Positions 30,352 to 41,358 of a DNA stretch of 64,000 nt are shown piece after piece (position 1 is the stretch's first letter; the number at the start of each line of letters is the position of its first letter). The translations under genes were made by a program, and so were the position numbers. The notes beneath the pieces are model-generated. The model had not been told where the DNA came from and did no database searches. It saw only the letters and a list, made by a program, of their open reading frames with translations. The DNA comes from Phycisphaeraceae bacterium (GTDB lineage Bacteria > Planctomycetota > Phycisphaerae > Phycisphaerales > Phycisphaeraceae): assembly GCA_963674705.1 (NCBI GenBank), contig OY771506.1:416001-480000 (forward strand), in the 5' to 3' direction.

Positions 30352-31098
30352 TCATCTCGCCTGCTTCGTCGGACGGAACAGTATCTCGTTCACATCCACA
30401 TCCTCCGGCTGACTGATCGCGAACACGCACGCCCGCGCAAAAGAATCCGCAGGGATCGCGATACTCGCATAAAACGGCTTCATCACATCGGCGATGTCCT
30501 GTTCCTTGATGCTGTCGGGCAGTTCCGACGTCACCGCGCCGGGTGAAATGATCGTCGAGCGGATGTTGTGCGGCGTCATCTCTTCGCGGAAGCCTTCCGA
30601 TATCGCACGCACCGCGTGCTTCGTCGCACAATACACCACCGCATTCGGGAAGACCTTGTGGCCCGCCACCGAAGACACGTTAATCATGTGCCCCGACTGC
30701 TGCTTGATCATGTAAGGCAGCGCCGCCGAGATGCCATAAAGTACGCCCTTGATGTTCACATCGATCATCTGCTCCCACTCATCAACCTTCAGCCGCTCCA
30801 TCGGTGCCTGCGGCATAAGCCCGGCGTTGTTGAGCATCACATCGATCCGCTCGTACCGCTCCACTGCCGCATCCACCAGCGCCTGGACCTGCTCGCGATC
30901 GGTCACATCCGTCTGTAGCGCGATCGCCTCACCGCCCTTACCGGCCAGCTCATCCACCAGCGACTGCAACCGTTCAACGCGCCGCGCCCCCAACACCACC
31001 GTCGCGCCCTGCTCCGACAGCATACGCGCCGCCGCCTCGCCAAGCCCGCTGCTCGCGCCCGTAATCACAATGATTTTGCCTTCGATATTCTCGCTCAT
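30352..31098 (-). CDS. SDR family oxidoreductase
   Basis: [22 protein letters not shown]. Confidence 0.94.
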   Translation of the reverse strand: MSENIEGKIIVITGASSGLGEAAARMLSEQGATVVLGARRVERLQSLVDELAGKGGEAIALQTDVTDREQVQALVDAAVERYERIDVMLNNAGLMPQAPMERLKVDEWEQMIDVNIKGVLYGISAALPYMIKQQSGHMINVSSVAGHKVFPNAVVYCATKHAVRAISEGFREEMTPHNIRSTIISPGAVTSELPDSIKEQDIADVMKPFYASIAIPADSFARACVFAISQPEDVDVNEILFRPTKQAR

Positions 31099-31173
31099 GA
31101 TCTGACCTCTCGAATCTTTCGTATCAATCGTAACAGTCTTTCAGTGTTAGAACCATTTGCGTTATTACTGGCC

Positions 31174-31249
31174 GTCATTCCCGCGCACAAGGGAATCCAC
31201 GCGATCAATGAATCCAAAGCACGCGGGTCCCCGCCTGCGCAGCGATGAC
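31174..31249. repeat. GTCATTCCCGC...GATGAC REP-like doublet
   Basis: Imperfect inverted repeat; related copy at 41274-41347. Confidence 0.6.
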
Positions 31250-31436
31250 AGCAACCTGTGCGGTTACTATTATTGCATGAATGTCCAGACTGGAAACAGG
31301 ATCACACGCCGCGTTTGGCGCTACGACCTAACTATAAGGCATAAACACGCTTAGACAATGAAACGATTCTCGAAGATGCTTGTATAATCCTCCAAAACAG
31401 ACTGAACAAACGGTCAATCCCCTCACAATACACAAC

Positions 31437-32149
31437 ATGAAGAACACACAGTCACACGCCACCGATAAGCGCATGCAGACTAACCTGCAGGAATTGACCG
31501 ATCGCATCACCCGCACGCTCAAGGAAGATGGCGACCTCGAACCGCAGCCCGGCGTCTTCTTTTACCGCAACTCAAAACCGGGCCGGCCCGTCCACGGCGT
31601 CATCGAGCCTTCACTGTGCGTCATCGCGCAGGGCAGCATAGTCTGCTTGATCGGCGACGACGTCTTCCGCTACGCGCCCGCGCAGTACCTCATCAGCACC
31701 ATGAACCTGCCCCTGGTCGGCGATGTCACCGAAGCATCAACAAAAAACCTTACCTCAGCCTCAGGCTCGCGCTCGACCCAGCGATCGTCACCTCCGTCAT
31801 GGTCGAGTCGGGTAACGTCAACCCCCACAACGAAGGCAAGATCAAGGCCGTCGACGTCAGCCCCATGGATGCGGACCTGCTCGACGCGACGCTGCGCCTC
31901 GTAAGACTCATCGAAACTCCGGACGGCTACCGCATCCTCTCGCCGCTGGTCATCCGTAAAGTTATCTACCGCCTGCTCACCGGCGCGTAAGGCGACCGCC
32001 TGATGCTCAACGAAAGCCTCGACGCCGCCGAAGCAGGCTACCGCGTCGGCTACGACGACGCCTCACACTTCAGCCGCGAATACAAACGCCACTTGGACAC
32101 CCCCCCCATACGCGACGTCGAAGAAATGCGAAAATTCACCGCGGGGTAA
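31437..32149 (+). pseudogene. AraC-family (AraC_N/YqhC-like) regulator pseudogene
   Basis: EPSLCVIAQG N-domain; frameshift near the A-run at about 31742; in-frame TAA at 31988; first HTH missing; tail reads [19 protein letters not shown]. Confidence 0.85.
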
Positions 32150-32163
32150 TGTAACCGTTCTAT

Positions 32164-32197
32164 CCCCTCTCCCCTCGGGAGAGGGTTAGGGTGAGGG
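32164..32197. repeat. CCCTCTCCC..GGGAGAGGG..GGGTGAGGG REP-like element
   Basis: Related copies at 41209-41243, 59168-59202 and inverted at 59252-59282. Confidence 0.7.
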
Positions 32198-32222
32198 CCG
32201 GGTTGATTGTGCGACTCATCTC

Positions 32223-33221
32223 TCACCGTTTGCTGCGATGCGAAATAACAAACCATGCGCTCGCGCCCAACAGCATCGCGCTCGCCGGCTCGGGGATACT
32301 CGGCGAACCACCACTCGGTGGCGTGCCTTCGTTCCAGTGATTCAAAATGATGTCAAGATCATCCAGCCCGACGAAGCCGTCGCCGTTGATGTCGCCGGGG
32401 ATGTCTTCAGGCAGCGGCGTGTAAGTGAAGCTGTGGATTATTAACTCCTGCTCCTGGCCGTCGAACGGACCGGCCGTGCTGGCGTTGTTGCCCGTAATCC
32501 AGAAGTTGATGATCGGGATCTCGTTTAGGTCCTGCGGGATGACAGGCCCATCGTAATAAAACTCGGCGACCTGCCCGTAGCTCGAACCGGGGCGCTGTTC
32601 GACGATCGGATACTCAGGATTCGCGACGCCGGTGACGTGGCCGTTGTAGCTGTTCCACTGGATGTAATCCGGCGCCCATGTGAAGCGATGCGTCGTGTAG
32701 TCGCCTCCCAGCGCCTGGTAGAAGTTCTTACTTGGCGAAGTCACATCCGGATCGTGCGTGGTGTAGAAAAGATTACCGCTGCCCCAGTCGCCGGTCATTT
32801 CGATATCGATTTCGTGGGGCGTATCCGCGACGCCGTTACCCACCGAGCCGCTCGTCTGGTTCGCAACCGACTGCGGGCTCTGATACGTGAACAAACCGAT
32901 CACCACATTGTCCGCTAACTGATCGTATTGTGTCGACAGCTCCCACTCGTATGTGCCGTAGCTCAACGACTCGGTCAGGTCGATCTCCGCCGCGACCCAC
33001 GTGTTGCCAACCTTGCGTATCTTCAGATGCAGATCGCCTTCTTCATCGACCCAGACGCTGTCCGTGCTGTTTGACCAGACGTTCGCATTGGGCCCCTGCT
33101 GCGCGCCGCCGCTGTTGCGTACGGACCACGTATAGCCCGACCACTCGATCGTGCGTGCCTCGACAGCAGCGCTCAAACCGATCGCCAACACCCCCGCCGA
33201 CAGAACCGCGAACTTCAACAT
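32223..33221 (-). CDS. GH16-like glycoside hydrolase with dockerin-like tail and PEP-CTERM
   Basis: Signal peptide, EIDIE catalytic motif, GDINGDGFVGLDDLD, IPEP+TM+basic end. Confidence 0.8.
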   Translation of the reverse strand: MLKFAVLSAGVLAIGLSAAVEARTIEWSGYTWSVRNSGGAQQGPNANVWSNSTDSVWVDEEGDLHLKIRKVGNTWVAAEIDLTESLSYGTYEWELSTQYDQLADNVVIGLFTYQSPQSVANQTSGSVGNGVADTPHEIDIEMTGDWGSGNLFYTTHDPDVTSPSKNFYQALGGDYTTHRFTWAPDYIQWNSYNGHVTGVANPEYPIVEQRPGSSYGQVAEFYYDGPVIPQDLNEIPIINFWITGNNASTAGPFDGQEQELIIHSFTYTPLPEDIPGDINGDGFVGLDDLDIILNHWNEGTPPSGGSPSIPEPASAMLLGASAWFVISHRSKR

Positions 33222-33259
33222 CTAACTACTCCAAAGCGGATAATAAAGAACACTCAACC

Positions 33260-35035
33260 TCAAACCGTGACCGGCGCCTCTTCCTGCGCCCGCATCAAAC
33301 CGGTCATCTTACCCACCGAATCGACAAGCCCGCCGGGCCGGCAACGCTTCATCCATAGCGCTTTGTACTCGGTGACCAGCTCATCAAACGCCGAGACCGC
33401 GCCTTGCCTGGCAAAACTGCGCCATTCGCTCGGCGTCGTGCCGTTCAGCCCCGCGCCTTCACAGATGCGTTCGCTGACCCAGCGTATCATCCCGATCGAC
33501 CAGTTTACCTCACGCGTCAATAGCGCCGGCTGGTCATACGTCGGCCGCGCCTTGTCGATCAACAACTGAACACAATCCAGTGCCGTAAGTACCTGCTCCG
33601 CATGCTCAACTTTCAACTTGTCCCACACCCCGCCGGTGAACGTCTTATTCGCGCTGCGCAAAAAGTCGAACCACCACGTGCTGTTGGGCACCTGTGGCCC
33701 GCCTTGCAGATACACATTACTTAGCGCCCACAACCCCTCGCCGAAACGACCCGTCTTATCCTTGAATACGTGATCGTTCAGCACCTCAGGCAAATCACCG
33801 CGATCAAGGTTCGCCTCCGTCGCCCACGACACCGAAGCGCCGTATGCAATGCCCGGCCAGGAAACCACGAACGGCTGCCAGTGCCCGTAATCCCCCCAGT
33901 CCGTAATCAAAAATCCTTCCGCGCGATAAGCCAAACCCGCTTCCGCCGCGGCGCTGATGTTGCACACCATGTTCTCGCCGCGCCCCGCCAGGCTGCACCA
34001 GCTCGACGTGCCCGGGCAAACGTACTGCCTCACACCCGCCTCGCTGAACATGCGCGTCTGCTCCATGAACGGATGCCCCGCTTCATACCCCCAGTTCAAC
34101 AGCACCGCTTCATCAGGCAGGCGCTGCGTCAATTCCGGATGATGCAAAACCACATCGCCCCAGAACATCGGCGTCTTGCCGAAGCTGCGCACGTGCCGAC
34201 AAACCTTGTTTAAAAACTCCAGGTACACCACGCCGCGCCCGTCGCGCTCGCAACGGTCCTTGCTCTTGCCCTGCCCGACGTCCATCGTCTCATCGCAACA
34301 GATATTGAACAAACTCGAACCGCTGCGCGGCGCAAGCTGCCCAACAAGATCACTGACTAATCTGATCGATCGCGGGTCGCTCGGGTTCAAAGAAAACGGC
34401 TCATGCGACCGATACCCCCAAGGCGTATCCCAGCCATCAGGACATTCCGCCAATCCTTTATACCCGTCCACTGTCAGCCAGCGCTGCATATGCCCGAACA
34501 GGTTCTGGCAAGGCACAAAATCAATATGCTTGTCCTTGCAGTATTTTTCCAACACCTGCAAATCATCAAACGATAGCGCCGAACTCTTGCCCCACACCGC
34601 CTCATGCCCGCGGTACGCGATCGTGTGCTCGGTATAGAGCTGCAACTGGTTGATCTTCCACGCCGCCAGCTTGTCGATGATCGAACACAACATCCCCAGG
34701 CTCGGTACGCGGTCCCGACTGATATCCAGTAGATACCCGCGCACCTTAAAGTCAGGCCAATCATCGATCTCGCCGCATGGCACCTCGTTCCCGACAAGCG
34801 TTTCGATCTGCTCAAGCGTCTGCGTCGCGTAAAACATCCCCGCCGCATCGTGCGCAAAGATTTCCACGCCATCCTCGCTTAAGCAAATACGATAAGCCTG
34901 CTCGTGCTCGACCAGGCCGCAGTCAATCCGACGCGACACCTTCCGCAACACCGCCCGATCCACGCTCCGCCCACTCCACCGGCAAGACCTCGGCCGGGGC
35001 AACATACGCTTCTCAATTGTTACTTGCGTATCCAT
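33260..35035 (-). CDS. GH20 beta-N-acetylhexosaminidase
   Basis: IDDWPDFKVRGYLLDISR, INQLQLYTEH, ICCDE, WGD, TDWGDYGH; no signal peptide. Confidence 0.88.
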   Translation of the reverse strand: MDTQVTIEKRMLPRPRSCRWSGRSVDRAVLRKVSRRIDCGLVEHEQAYRICLSEDGVEIFAHDAAGMFYATQTLEQIETLVGNEVPCGEIDDWPDFKVRGYLLDISRDRVPSLGMLCSIIDKLAAWKINQLQLYTEHTIAYRGHEAVWGKSSALSFDDLQVLEKYCKDKHIDFVPCQNLFGHMQRWLTVDGYKGLAECPDGWDTPWGYRSHEPFSLNPSDPRSIRLVSDLVGQLAPRSGSSLFNICCDETMDVGQGKSKDRCERDGRGVVYLEFLNKVCRHVRSFGKTPMFWGDVVLHHPELTQRLPDEAVLLNWGYEAGHPFMEQTRMFSEAGVRQYVCPGTSSWCSLAGRGENMVCNISAAAEAGLAYRAEGFLITDWGDYGHWQPFVVSWPGIAYGASVSWATEANLDRGDLPEVLNDHVFKDKTGRFGEGLWALSNVYLQGGPQVPNSTWWFDFLRSANKTFTGGVWDKLKVEHAEQVLTALDCVQLLIDKARPTYDQPALLTREVNWSIGMIRWVSERICEGAGLNGTTPSEWRSFARQGAVSAFDELVTEYKALWMKRCRPGGLVDSVGKMTGLMRAQEEAPVTV

Positions 35036-35089
35036 ATAACTCACAAACTAAAAATAAAACCACCGGACCCATAAACGCCCGATCAAGCA

Positions 35090-35881
35090 TCAAGGCTTGT
35101 CGGGATAAATATTCCGCCTTACCAGCGACTGCTGATTCAGGTTCCCCGCGTGGCCGTCCATGTAAGCAACGTTCGTGTTGATTTCACCCGCATGACGGAA
35201 GCGGAACTCGCCGCGCGATGCCAGCGTGTCCTCATTCTCTTTAAACGTCGGCGGCTCATCGTTAGTCGTATCGCCAGGCGTCAGGTAACGCGTGTCATTC
35301 GTTTGCACGACTCGGCTATTATCCGCACTCGACAATAGCGCCAGACAAGTCCCCGAGTTCGGCACGATCGTCGCATCCGCAGCCAGAATCAGTTCCGACT
35401 GCCGCTTCTGACTGTCCATAGTCAACGGCTTACCCCACTTCGGCTCCGCGGCAATCCCGTCCCTGCGGTTTGCCAATAACGGATAGCTGCCGCCGTAGTG
35501 AAGCCAACCATCCTTGCTGAACTCACCCATATCGACCGACGGACACAAAAACGCTTCACTCACCTGGTCTTGATCTTCATATACCGCACCCGTCTGCTGG
35601 ATGTAATCGGAAATCAATAGCGCCCAGTTCGTTTCCTCGCCCGGCTGCACCGCGAATGCCGAAATACCGATCGGCAAGACGCCACCCGAGCTGCTCGTAT
35701 ACCCAAAAAACCCGATCAACATCTGCCGCTCATTCGACAGACACTTCAAATCCTGCGCCGATCGCCTCGCCGCGCCCAGCGCAGGCAAGAGGATCCCCAC
35801 CAATAACGCGATGATTGAAATCACGACAAGCAATTCGATCAAGGTAAACGCTGCCCGTGGATGCCGTGTGTGAACCAACAT
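35090..35881 (-). CDS. Prepilin-type N-terminal / DUF1559-like protein
   Basis: AFTLIELLVVISIIALLVGILLPAL; C-terminal RH..NVAYMDGH. Confidence 0.9.
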   Translation of the reverse strand: MLVHTRHPRAAFTLIELLVVISIIALLVGILLPALGAARRSAQDLKCLSNERQMLIGFFGYTSSSGGVLPIGISAFAVQPGEETNWALLISDYIQQTGAVYEDQDQVSEAFLCPSVDMGEFSKDGWLHYGGSYPLLANRRDGIAAEPKWGKPLTMDSQKRQSELILAADATIVPNSGTCLALLSSADNSRVVQTNDTRYLTPGDTTNDEPPTFKENEDTLASRGEFRFRHAGEINTNVAYMDGHAGNLNQQSLVRRNIYPDKP

Positions 35882-35978
35882 GATTGACTCCAATCCGAAA
35901 GTTTGTACGACAGGCGCTACGCTCTAAGCGCATGTCCGGTTATCTGTGATGTCGTCGTGAATCAACGACAGTTAACGG

Positions 35979-37139
35979 TTATCTCGCATCGGTAGACTCA
36001 TTGACCGCTTGCGCGGCCGCCTCGACCAATGGGTGCGAATTGTCAGGCATCCGGTCGTGCGTCACTTCCCAGAAGAACACGCCCGCCAGTCCCTTTTGCA
36101 TCGCCCACCGAGACTTCATCTCAACCGATTGCGGGTCATCAAAACCAATGACCTCTGATCCATCAGGCGCAACCAACCAAGGCGCGCCGTTATCCATGCG
36201 TTTAACTTCCCAGCCCTCACCCTTCATCTTCATAAGCTGGGCGTAGCTGTAGACCGTGTGCGCGTCACTGTTCTTCTCGACGGTACCGAACATCGGCGCG
36301 CCCCGGAAGCCGCGCCCATATGCCGGCATCCCCATCACTAATTGAGACCCCGGCAAACCGCGCTCTACCAGCCAATGATTCAGCGTCTGCTCCGCCGTCG
36401 CGACGTTATGTTTCTTGCCTTCGCTTGAAGCCGTCAAGGGCGCATGATGCCCGACCAGTTCATCCCAAGGCCCAGTGCAGTCGTAACACATCACGTTCAG
36501 AAAATCGAAGTTATCTTTGAACACCTCCGTCGGGATCTTCGTGTAAGCCCAAGCCCCACCGACGGCACGCGTCAACAGGTAATCCCGCTCCGTTTCCGCT
36601 TCCAGCTTCTCGATCTCGTCGCGCAAGCGCTCGATCATCAGGATCAAACCCTTTGCCGACTCATCCGACGTCGGGAACTCCCAGTCCAGGTCGATCCCGT
36701 CGTAGTTGTTTTCCTTCACATACTTCATCAACTCGCTGATAAACGTGTCGAGCTTCTTTTCGTCCTGCGTAATCGGAGACAAAAACGCATCGCTCTCCGA
36801 CCCGCCGATCGAGATCAATACCTTCACACCGTGCTCATGCGCCGCATCGATCACGGGCTTGTTAGGCATCGTCGATTCAAGAATCAGATGCCCATCGCTG
36901 TCCGCCTTGATAAACGCATGACAGATGTGCGTCAGCTTGTCCAGCGGCAGCATCTGCGGCGTCGTCTGCACCCAGCCCGGTAAATATGCCAGCACGATCG
37001 GCTTGCTCTGCGCCACTTCCACCTCCGTGTTATCAGCACAACAGGCCGGCGTCGTTGCACAACCCACCAACGCCAGCATCAACATCAACGAAAACAGTCG
37101 ATTCATCATGCCCTTCATGTTGCCCTTGCTCTTCTTCAT
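35979..37139 (-). CDS. GH18 chitinase-family protein (probable lipoprotein)
   Basis: SIGG, DGIDLDWE, NVMCYD, GVFFWE; LVGC lipobox-like; start uncertain. Confidence 0.9.
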   Translation of the reverse strand: MKKSKGNMKGMMNRLFSLMLMLALVGCATTPACCADNTEVEVAQSKPIVLAYLPGWVQTTPQMLPLDKLTHICHAFIKADSDGHLILESTMPNKPVIDAAHEHGVKVLISIGGSESDAFLSPITQDEKKLDTFISELMKYVKENNYDGIDLDWEFPTSDESAKGLILMIERLRDEIEKLEAETERDYLLTRAVGGAWAYTKIPTEVFKDNFDFLNVMCYDCTGPWDELVGHHAPLTASSEGKKHNVATAEQTLNHWLVERGLPGSQLVMGMPAYGRGFRGAPMFGTVEKNSDAHTVYSYAQLMKMKGEGWEVKRMDNGAPWLVAPDGSEVIGFDDPQSVEMKSRWAMQKGLAGVFFWEVTHDRMPDNSHPLVEAAAQAVNESTDAR

Positions 37140-37168
37140 CACAAACAAACCCGCCCCGACAGGCTCGA

Positions 37169-38341
37169 TCAATCTTCCAGGTTCATAAACGATTCACGCA
37201 CCGCCGCTCGCCTTGCCAGCATCGCCGCACCGATCGACACGCCACGCTCGCCGTGGGCGCTAGGCCGAATCTCCAGTTCCTTGCAGCCACGCAACACGCG
37301 CTGCTTCATCACACGCTCATTGAGCGCCTCGAAAAACGCGCGGTTCGTAACCTCAAGGCTGCCGCCCAGCACCACCACCGATGGATCAACCAGGTCGACA
37401 AGAATGCTCAAAAGCCTGCTGAACTGACCGACAAACGCCTCCAGCGATCCATCAAGCGCCGCATCTTCATTACCGAGTATTTGGATCTGCTCGTGGTTCA
37501 GCTTCATCTCGCCGATCATCGATCGCAGCCCGTCCAACTCGCCCGCCCCGTTATGCGCCCCTGATTGCAACTGCCCGTGCTGAATCACGGACATGCCCAC
37601 GCCGTATAACTCCGATGAATCGCTCTTGCCTGAACTCGCGTTCAGCGCGAGAAAAATCATCGAATCAGGCAATCCCGCGCCCAGGTGTTCCGCCTCGGCC
37701 CACGATGCAAGCTTCACATCGTTCTCCACGATCAAAGGCATCCCCCAGCGCTCTTTCACCTTCCCCGCAAGGTCGTAATCCGACAAACCAAGACGCCACG
37801 ACTGCACGATCCTGCCCGAACGAAAGTCCGTGATCCCCGGCACAGCAAAACCAAGCCCCGCGATCGGCGTCTCGTTTTCACGATCAACCGCAATCACGCT
37901 GCCCATGTAATCTTCAATCACGTTCAGCGCATCTTCGATCGATTCATCGTAAGGCACGCGACGATGATCGACTTCGTTACCCGCCGCATCCACCACCGTC
38001 ACGGAAATCTCAGAACCCTCGATAAAGAACCCGCCGAATCGGCCGTAGTCCGGGTTCATCTCCATCAATTCCTGCTTCTTGCCGACCGTATCACTCTTGC
38101 GCTTGCCCTTGGGCCTGACAAGATTGTGTTCAAGCAGATCGCGCACGACATACGTCAACGTCGATCGACCCATCTGCGTCATCTCACGCAACTGGCTGCG
38201 CGACTTCGGGCCGTGCTGTCGCAACAATTCCCACACGAGCAAACGATTGTGTGCGCTCGTCTCGCTGTGGTCCTGGCCACGCACCCGCATCGGGATGCGA
38301 CCGGCCTGCGTGATGTTCGTATTCGTCGTGGTTACCGACAC
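37169..38341 (-). CDS. ROK family transcriptional regulator (NagC/XylR-like)
   Basis: N-terminal HTH (GPKSRSQL..STLTYVVRDLL), GFAVPG, VENDV, GAGEL, VVVLGG. Confidence 0.88.
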   Translation of the reverse strand: MSVTTTNTNITQAGRIPMRVRGQDHSETSAHNRLLVWELLRQHGPKSRSQLREMTQMGRSTLTYVVRDLLEHNLVRPKGKRKSDTVGKKQELMEMNPDYGRFGGFFIEGSEISVTVVDAAGNEVDHRRVPYDESIEDALNVIEDYMGSVIAVDRENETPIAGLGFAVPGITDFRSGRIVQSWRLGLSDYDLAGKVKERWGMPLIVENDVKLASWAEAEHLGAGLPDSMIFLALNASSGKSDSSELYGVGMSVIQHGQLQSGAHNGAGELDGLRSMIGEMKLNHEQIQILGNEDAALDGSLEAFVGQFSRLLSILVDLVDPSVVVLGGSLEVTNRAFFEALNERVMKQRVLRGCKELEIRPSAHGERGVSIGAAMLARRAAVRESFMNLED

Positions 38342-40380
38342 ACCGCCGCTCCTTGACTTTTTTGACTTGCTGAAACCGAACCCGCCCCGTCATCCCCCCC
38401 CTCCGGCCGCGCTCGCATACTGCTTAATGATGCAAAACGCATCGCGTACTTCTGGGCATCCGCATGACCCAATTCCGCCTTCAATTCCGCCAATTGGCGG
38501 ATGCAAGGCAGCAGCCCCGGCGCCATGGATGCACACACCGTAAACGCCGTCACCGCATCTTCCAGCCGACCCGCCGCCGCCAGCGACCGGCCCAGCAGGT
38601 AATGCGCCTTCGGATACGCATGGACCAGGCTCACCGCGTGCATCGCATGCTCCACCGCCTGCTCCGCATCGCCGCGATGTAGCGCCAGCTTCCCAAGCCC
38701 AAGATGCGCCGGTGCGTAATCCGGATCAAATGTCAATCCCATCCGGTACTGTTCTTCCGCTGCTTCACGATTATTAAGCCGCACCAGCGCATCGCCCAGC
38801 CGGCAATGCGCGCCCAGCGCTTCCGATCCGCCGATGCCGCGATCGATCAGTTCGCCATAAAGCGCCGCTGCCTGTTCGTAATCGCCATCGATCATCGCCG
38901 CCTCGGCCAGCAGACTCACCAGGCTCAGCGTCCGCTCATCCAGCTCGATCGCTCTGTTGATGTACTCACGAGCCCGCGCCGATTCGCCTTTCACTAAAAG
39001 CGTCCGCGCCGAGATGCTCAGGATGTGCCCGTCGTCCGGGTATTCTTCAAGAAGCTGCTCAACGATCGGTTCCGCCTGCTCGGCGCGTCGGCTGTCGAAC
39101 ACCGACAACACCAGATTCACCTTGTTATCACGCAGCGTCTGCTTGATCGTTGCCTGAATATCATCACCCAAGGGCGCGACGTAACCCAGATCAACCAGTT
39201 GCTGGATCGCCGCCATCGCCTCGGCCGGGTCTTCTCGCACTTCCTGCGTATGCAAGCCCGCATCTCCCGGCACATCTTCCCAGTTGAAAACCGTCTCCGC
39301 CTTCTCCGCCGGCTCCGTGATCTCAAGCCACGGCCGACCATCCATGTCCGCGCCGACAGGCAGACCTAACAGATGTAACACCGTCGGCGTCACATCCAAC
39401 ACCGTCGCGCCAAAGAACTTCTCATCCGCTTTGATCCCCGGACCTGATGCCAGCGCGATCCCGAGCTGACGATGCCAGTTCACCGGATTTTCCCAGCCGC
39501 CCCCGCTCGGTCTAAGATCGTCCGACTTAAACCCGTGATCGCTGACAAGCACCAGCGTCGTCTCTTCGCCCGCATGCGCCATCAACGCTTCGAGCATCAT
39601 ATCGAAGAAACGATACGTGCTGGTGACCACATCCTTATAGAGTTCGTATTCCCGCTGCGGCACGCCCGGCCGATGCGGCGGATGGTAAGGCATGAACCAA
39701 TGCCCCACATGATCCAGCCCATCGAAGAACACCGCAGCCAGGTCCCACTGTTCGTCCAGCATCAACCGCGTCGCCACCGCCTGCACCGAAGCGCACTTGG
39801 CGATGATGTTCGCTAGCGCGTGCATCGGCTTCGACTCTTCAGGTTTGATCTCATTGAAGCGCGGGATGAACGGCGCCATGTCCGTCGCGACCAATTCCTT
39901 CGTCATCACGCGAAACTCGGCAAGACGATCCATCAACTCAGCCGGACTCACGCTGCCTTCGATCGGCTTATCTTTTTCATTAAAGAACCGATCGCTGACA
40001 ACCACGCCATTGACCGGTTCAGCGGGATGGCTTGCGTACCACGACACGACCAGCGAACGCAGATCGTTCTGATTCGCGATGTTCCAAAGCGCTTTGCACT
40101 TTCGGCTCGTGCTGCTGACGGGCCTGACACCCGTCGCATCGGGATTCGGTTCCAGAAAACCATGAATCCCATGGCGGTCCGGGCGCTTGCCCGTCGCGAT
40201 CGATGTCCAGAGCATCGGCGACAGCGCCGGCTGGATCGTCGCCAGGTTGCCGTGCGAACCGGCGGCCAGCAGCTTACTCAACGCGGGCATGTGCCCCTGC
40301 TCCATAAGCGGTCGGATCACGCGCCAGTCGGCGGCGTCCCATCCCACTACGAGCACACGTTTAGTCAGTCGCTTACCCAT
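38332..40380 (-). CDS. Alkaline phosphatase superfamily (NPP-type) enzyme with C-terminal TPR repeats
   Basis: VGWDAADW, LSPMLWTSIATG, LDHVGH, VSDHG, WH; about six TPR-like helix pairs. Confidence 0.85.
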   Translation of the reverse strand: MGKRLTKRVLVVGWDAADWRVIRPLMEQGHMPALSKLLAAGSHGNLATIQPALSPMLWTSIATGKRPDRHGIHGFLEPNPDATGVRPVSSTSRKCKALWNIANQNDLRSLVVSWYASHPAEPVNGVVVSDRFFNEKDKPIEGSVSPAELMDRLAEFRVMTKELVATDMAPFIPRFNEIKPEESKPMHALANIIAKCASVQAVATRLMLDEQWDLAAVFFDGLDHVGHWFMPYHPPHRPGVPQREYELYKDVVTSTYRFFDMMLEALMAHAGEETTLVLVSDHGFKSDDLRPSGGGWENPVNWHRQLGIALASGPGIKADEKFFGATVLDVTPTVLHLLGLPVGADMDGRPWLEITEPAEKAETVFNWEDVPGDAGLHTQEVREDPAEAMAAIQQLVDLGYVAPLGDDIQATIKQTLRDNKVNLVLSVFDSRRAEQAEPIVEQLLEEYPDDGHILSISARTLLVKGESARAREYINRAIELDERTLSLVSLLAEAAMIDGDYEQAAALYGELIDRGIGGSEALGAHCRLGDALVRLNNREAAEEQYRMGLTFDPDYAPAHLGLGKLALHRGDAEQAVEHAMHAVSLVHAYPKAHYLLGRSLAAAGRLEDAVTAFTVCASMAPGLLPCIRQLAELKAELGHADAQKYAMRFASLSSMRARPEGGDDGAGSVSASQKSQGAAVCR

Positions 40381-40473
40381 CGTTCACACGTTCCTTCTAA
40401 CCTACGAGCTTATCCGCTCTGCAAACCGTTCGCGATCCGTCAAGACCGCGAACGAGGAAAACATGGAGATACT

Positions 40474-41136
40474 TTACGCTGACAGTCTCCGTCGGCGAAC
40501 CGCCGTGCCCACAGCACCCGCGGCCAGCAACATCAGCGATGTCGGTTCCGGCACAGCACCGGCCTCGATCGCCGCGCCGCTGTCGTCATACGCCCAGCCA
40601 CGCACGGTAATACGCGTGTTGCCGGCTACCGCGCCGGGCTCGATCAATAAGTCCATCCAGCCGAAGTAACCTTGCGATGTCTGGATGCCCAAATAACCGC
40701 CTGAAGTAAATGTGCCCGAGTTGAGCACCTGCGCGCCGAAGAACACGCCGGCCTCGGTCGCGCTGCCGTCAATCACCGCGCCGGGCGCGAACGCCGTGGC
40801 GTAATTGAATGCTTCACCGCTGCCGGTAAACACCGTGCCCGCGTCGACATCGCCGTCGTCCGCAAACGCGGTGTTGTAGCCGCCGGTGCCTAACCGCACG
40901 TCCTGCACACCATCGTTATCAAGATCAAACGCATTCGCGCCGGTGTACGAAACCGGGTTGATCACGATGTCGAACGCAGGCGCCGCACCGTTGTACGTGC
41001 CGGAGTTGGCAACGATCGCCGCATCGGCGCTAGCGCCGGCGCTAAGTGCGAACGCGCCCATCCCGGCCGCACAGGCGTAACCCGCCCATTCACGCACCGG
41101 CTTCAAAACGGATTGACTGTCTTGCTCTCGCTTCAT
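40474..41136 (-). CDS. PEP-CTERM surface protein (YFGW...WAY domain), no dockerin
   Basis: GGGAG RBS; GYFGWMD..RGWAYDDSGAAIEAG directly before VPEP+TM+RRRR. Confidence 0.85.
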   Translation of the reverse strand: MKREQDSQSVLKPVREWAGYACAAGMGAFALSAGASADAAIVANSGTYNGAAPAFDIVINPVSYTGANAFDLDNDGVQDVRLGTGGYNTAFADDGDVDAGTVFTGSGEAFNYATAFAPGAVIDGSATEAGVFFGAQVLNSGTFTSGGYLGIQTSQGYFGWMDLLIEPGAVAGNTRITVRGWAYDDSGAAIEAGAVPEPTSLMLLAAGAVGTAVRRRRLSA

Positions 41137-41208
41137 CTTGCTCTTCTCCCTCCTGTTTCTTCAGGATCATTCAGCAACAACTTTTGTCACTGAGCATGTC
41201 TTAACTAT

Positions 41209-41347
41209 CCCCCTCTCCCCTTGGGAGAGCGCCGGGGTGAGGGCCAAATAACCCTACGTTTCCCGAGTAATTTGTCATCCCCGCACGGCGGGGATCCACG
41301 TCATTGGATTCATTACTCACGTGGATTCCCGCCTGCGCGGAAATGAC
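41209..41347. repeat. Two adjacent REP-like elements between the PEP-CTERM paralogs
   Basis: 41209-41243 is the CCCTCTCCC type; 41274-41347 reads GTCATCCCCGC...GCGGAAATGAC. Confidence 0.65.
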
Positions 41348-41358
41348 GTGTTTTAGTT

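Noticed and set aside
17694..32200. Integrative element at tRNA-Glu
   Set aside because: No integrase and no duplicate of the tRNA 3' end found by eye; only the accessory gene content is suggestive.
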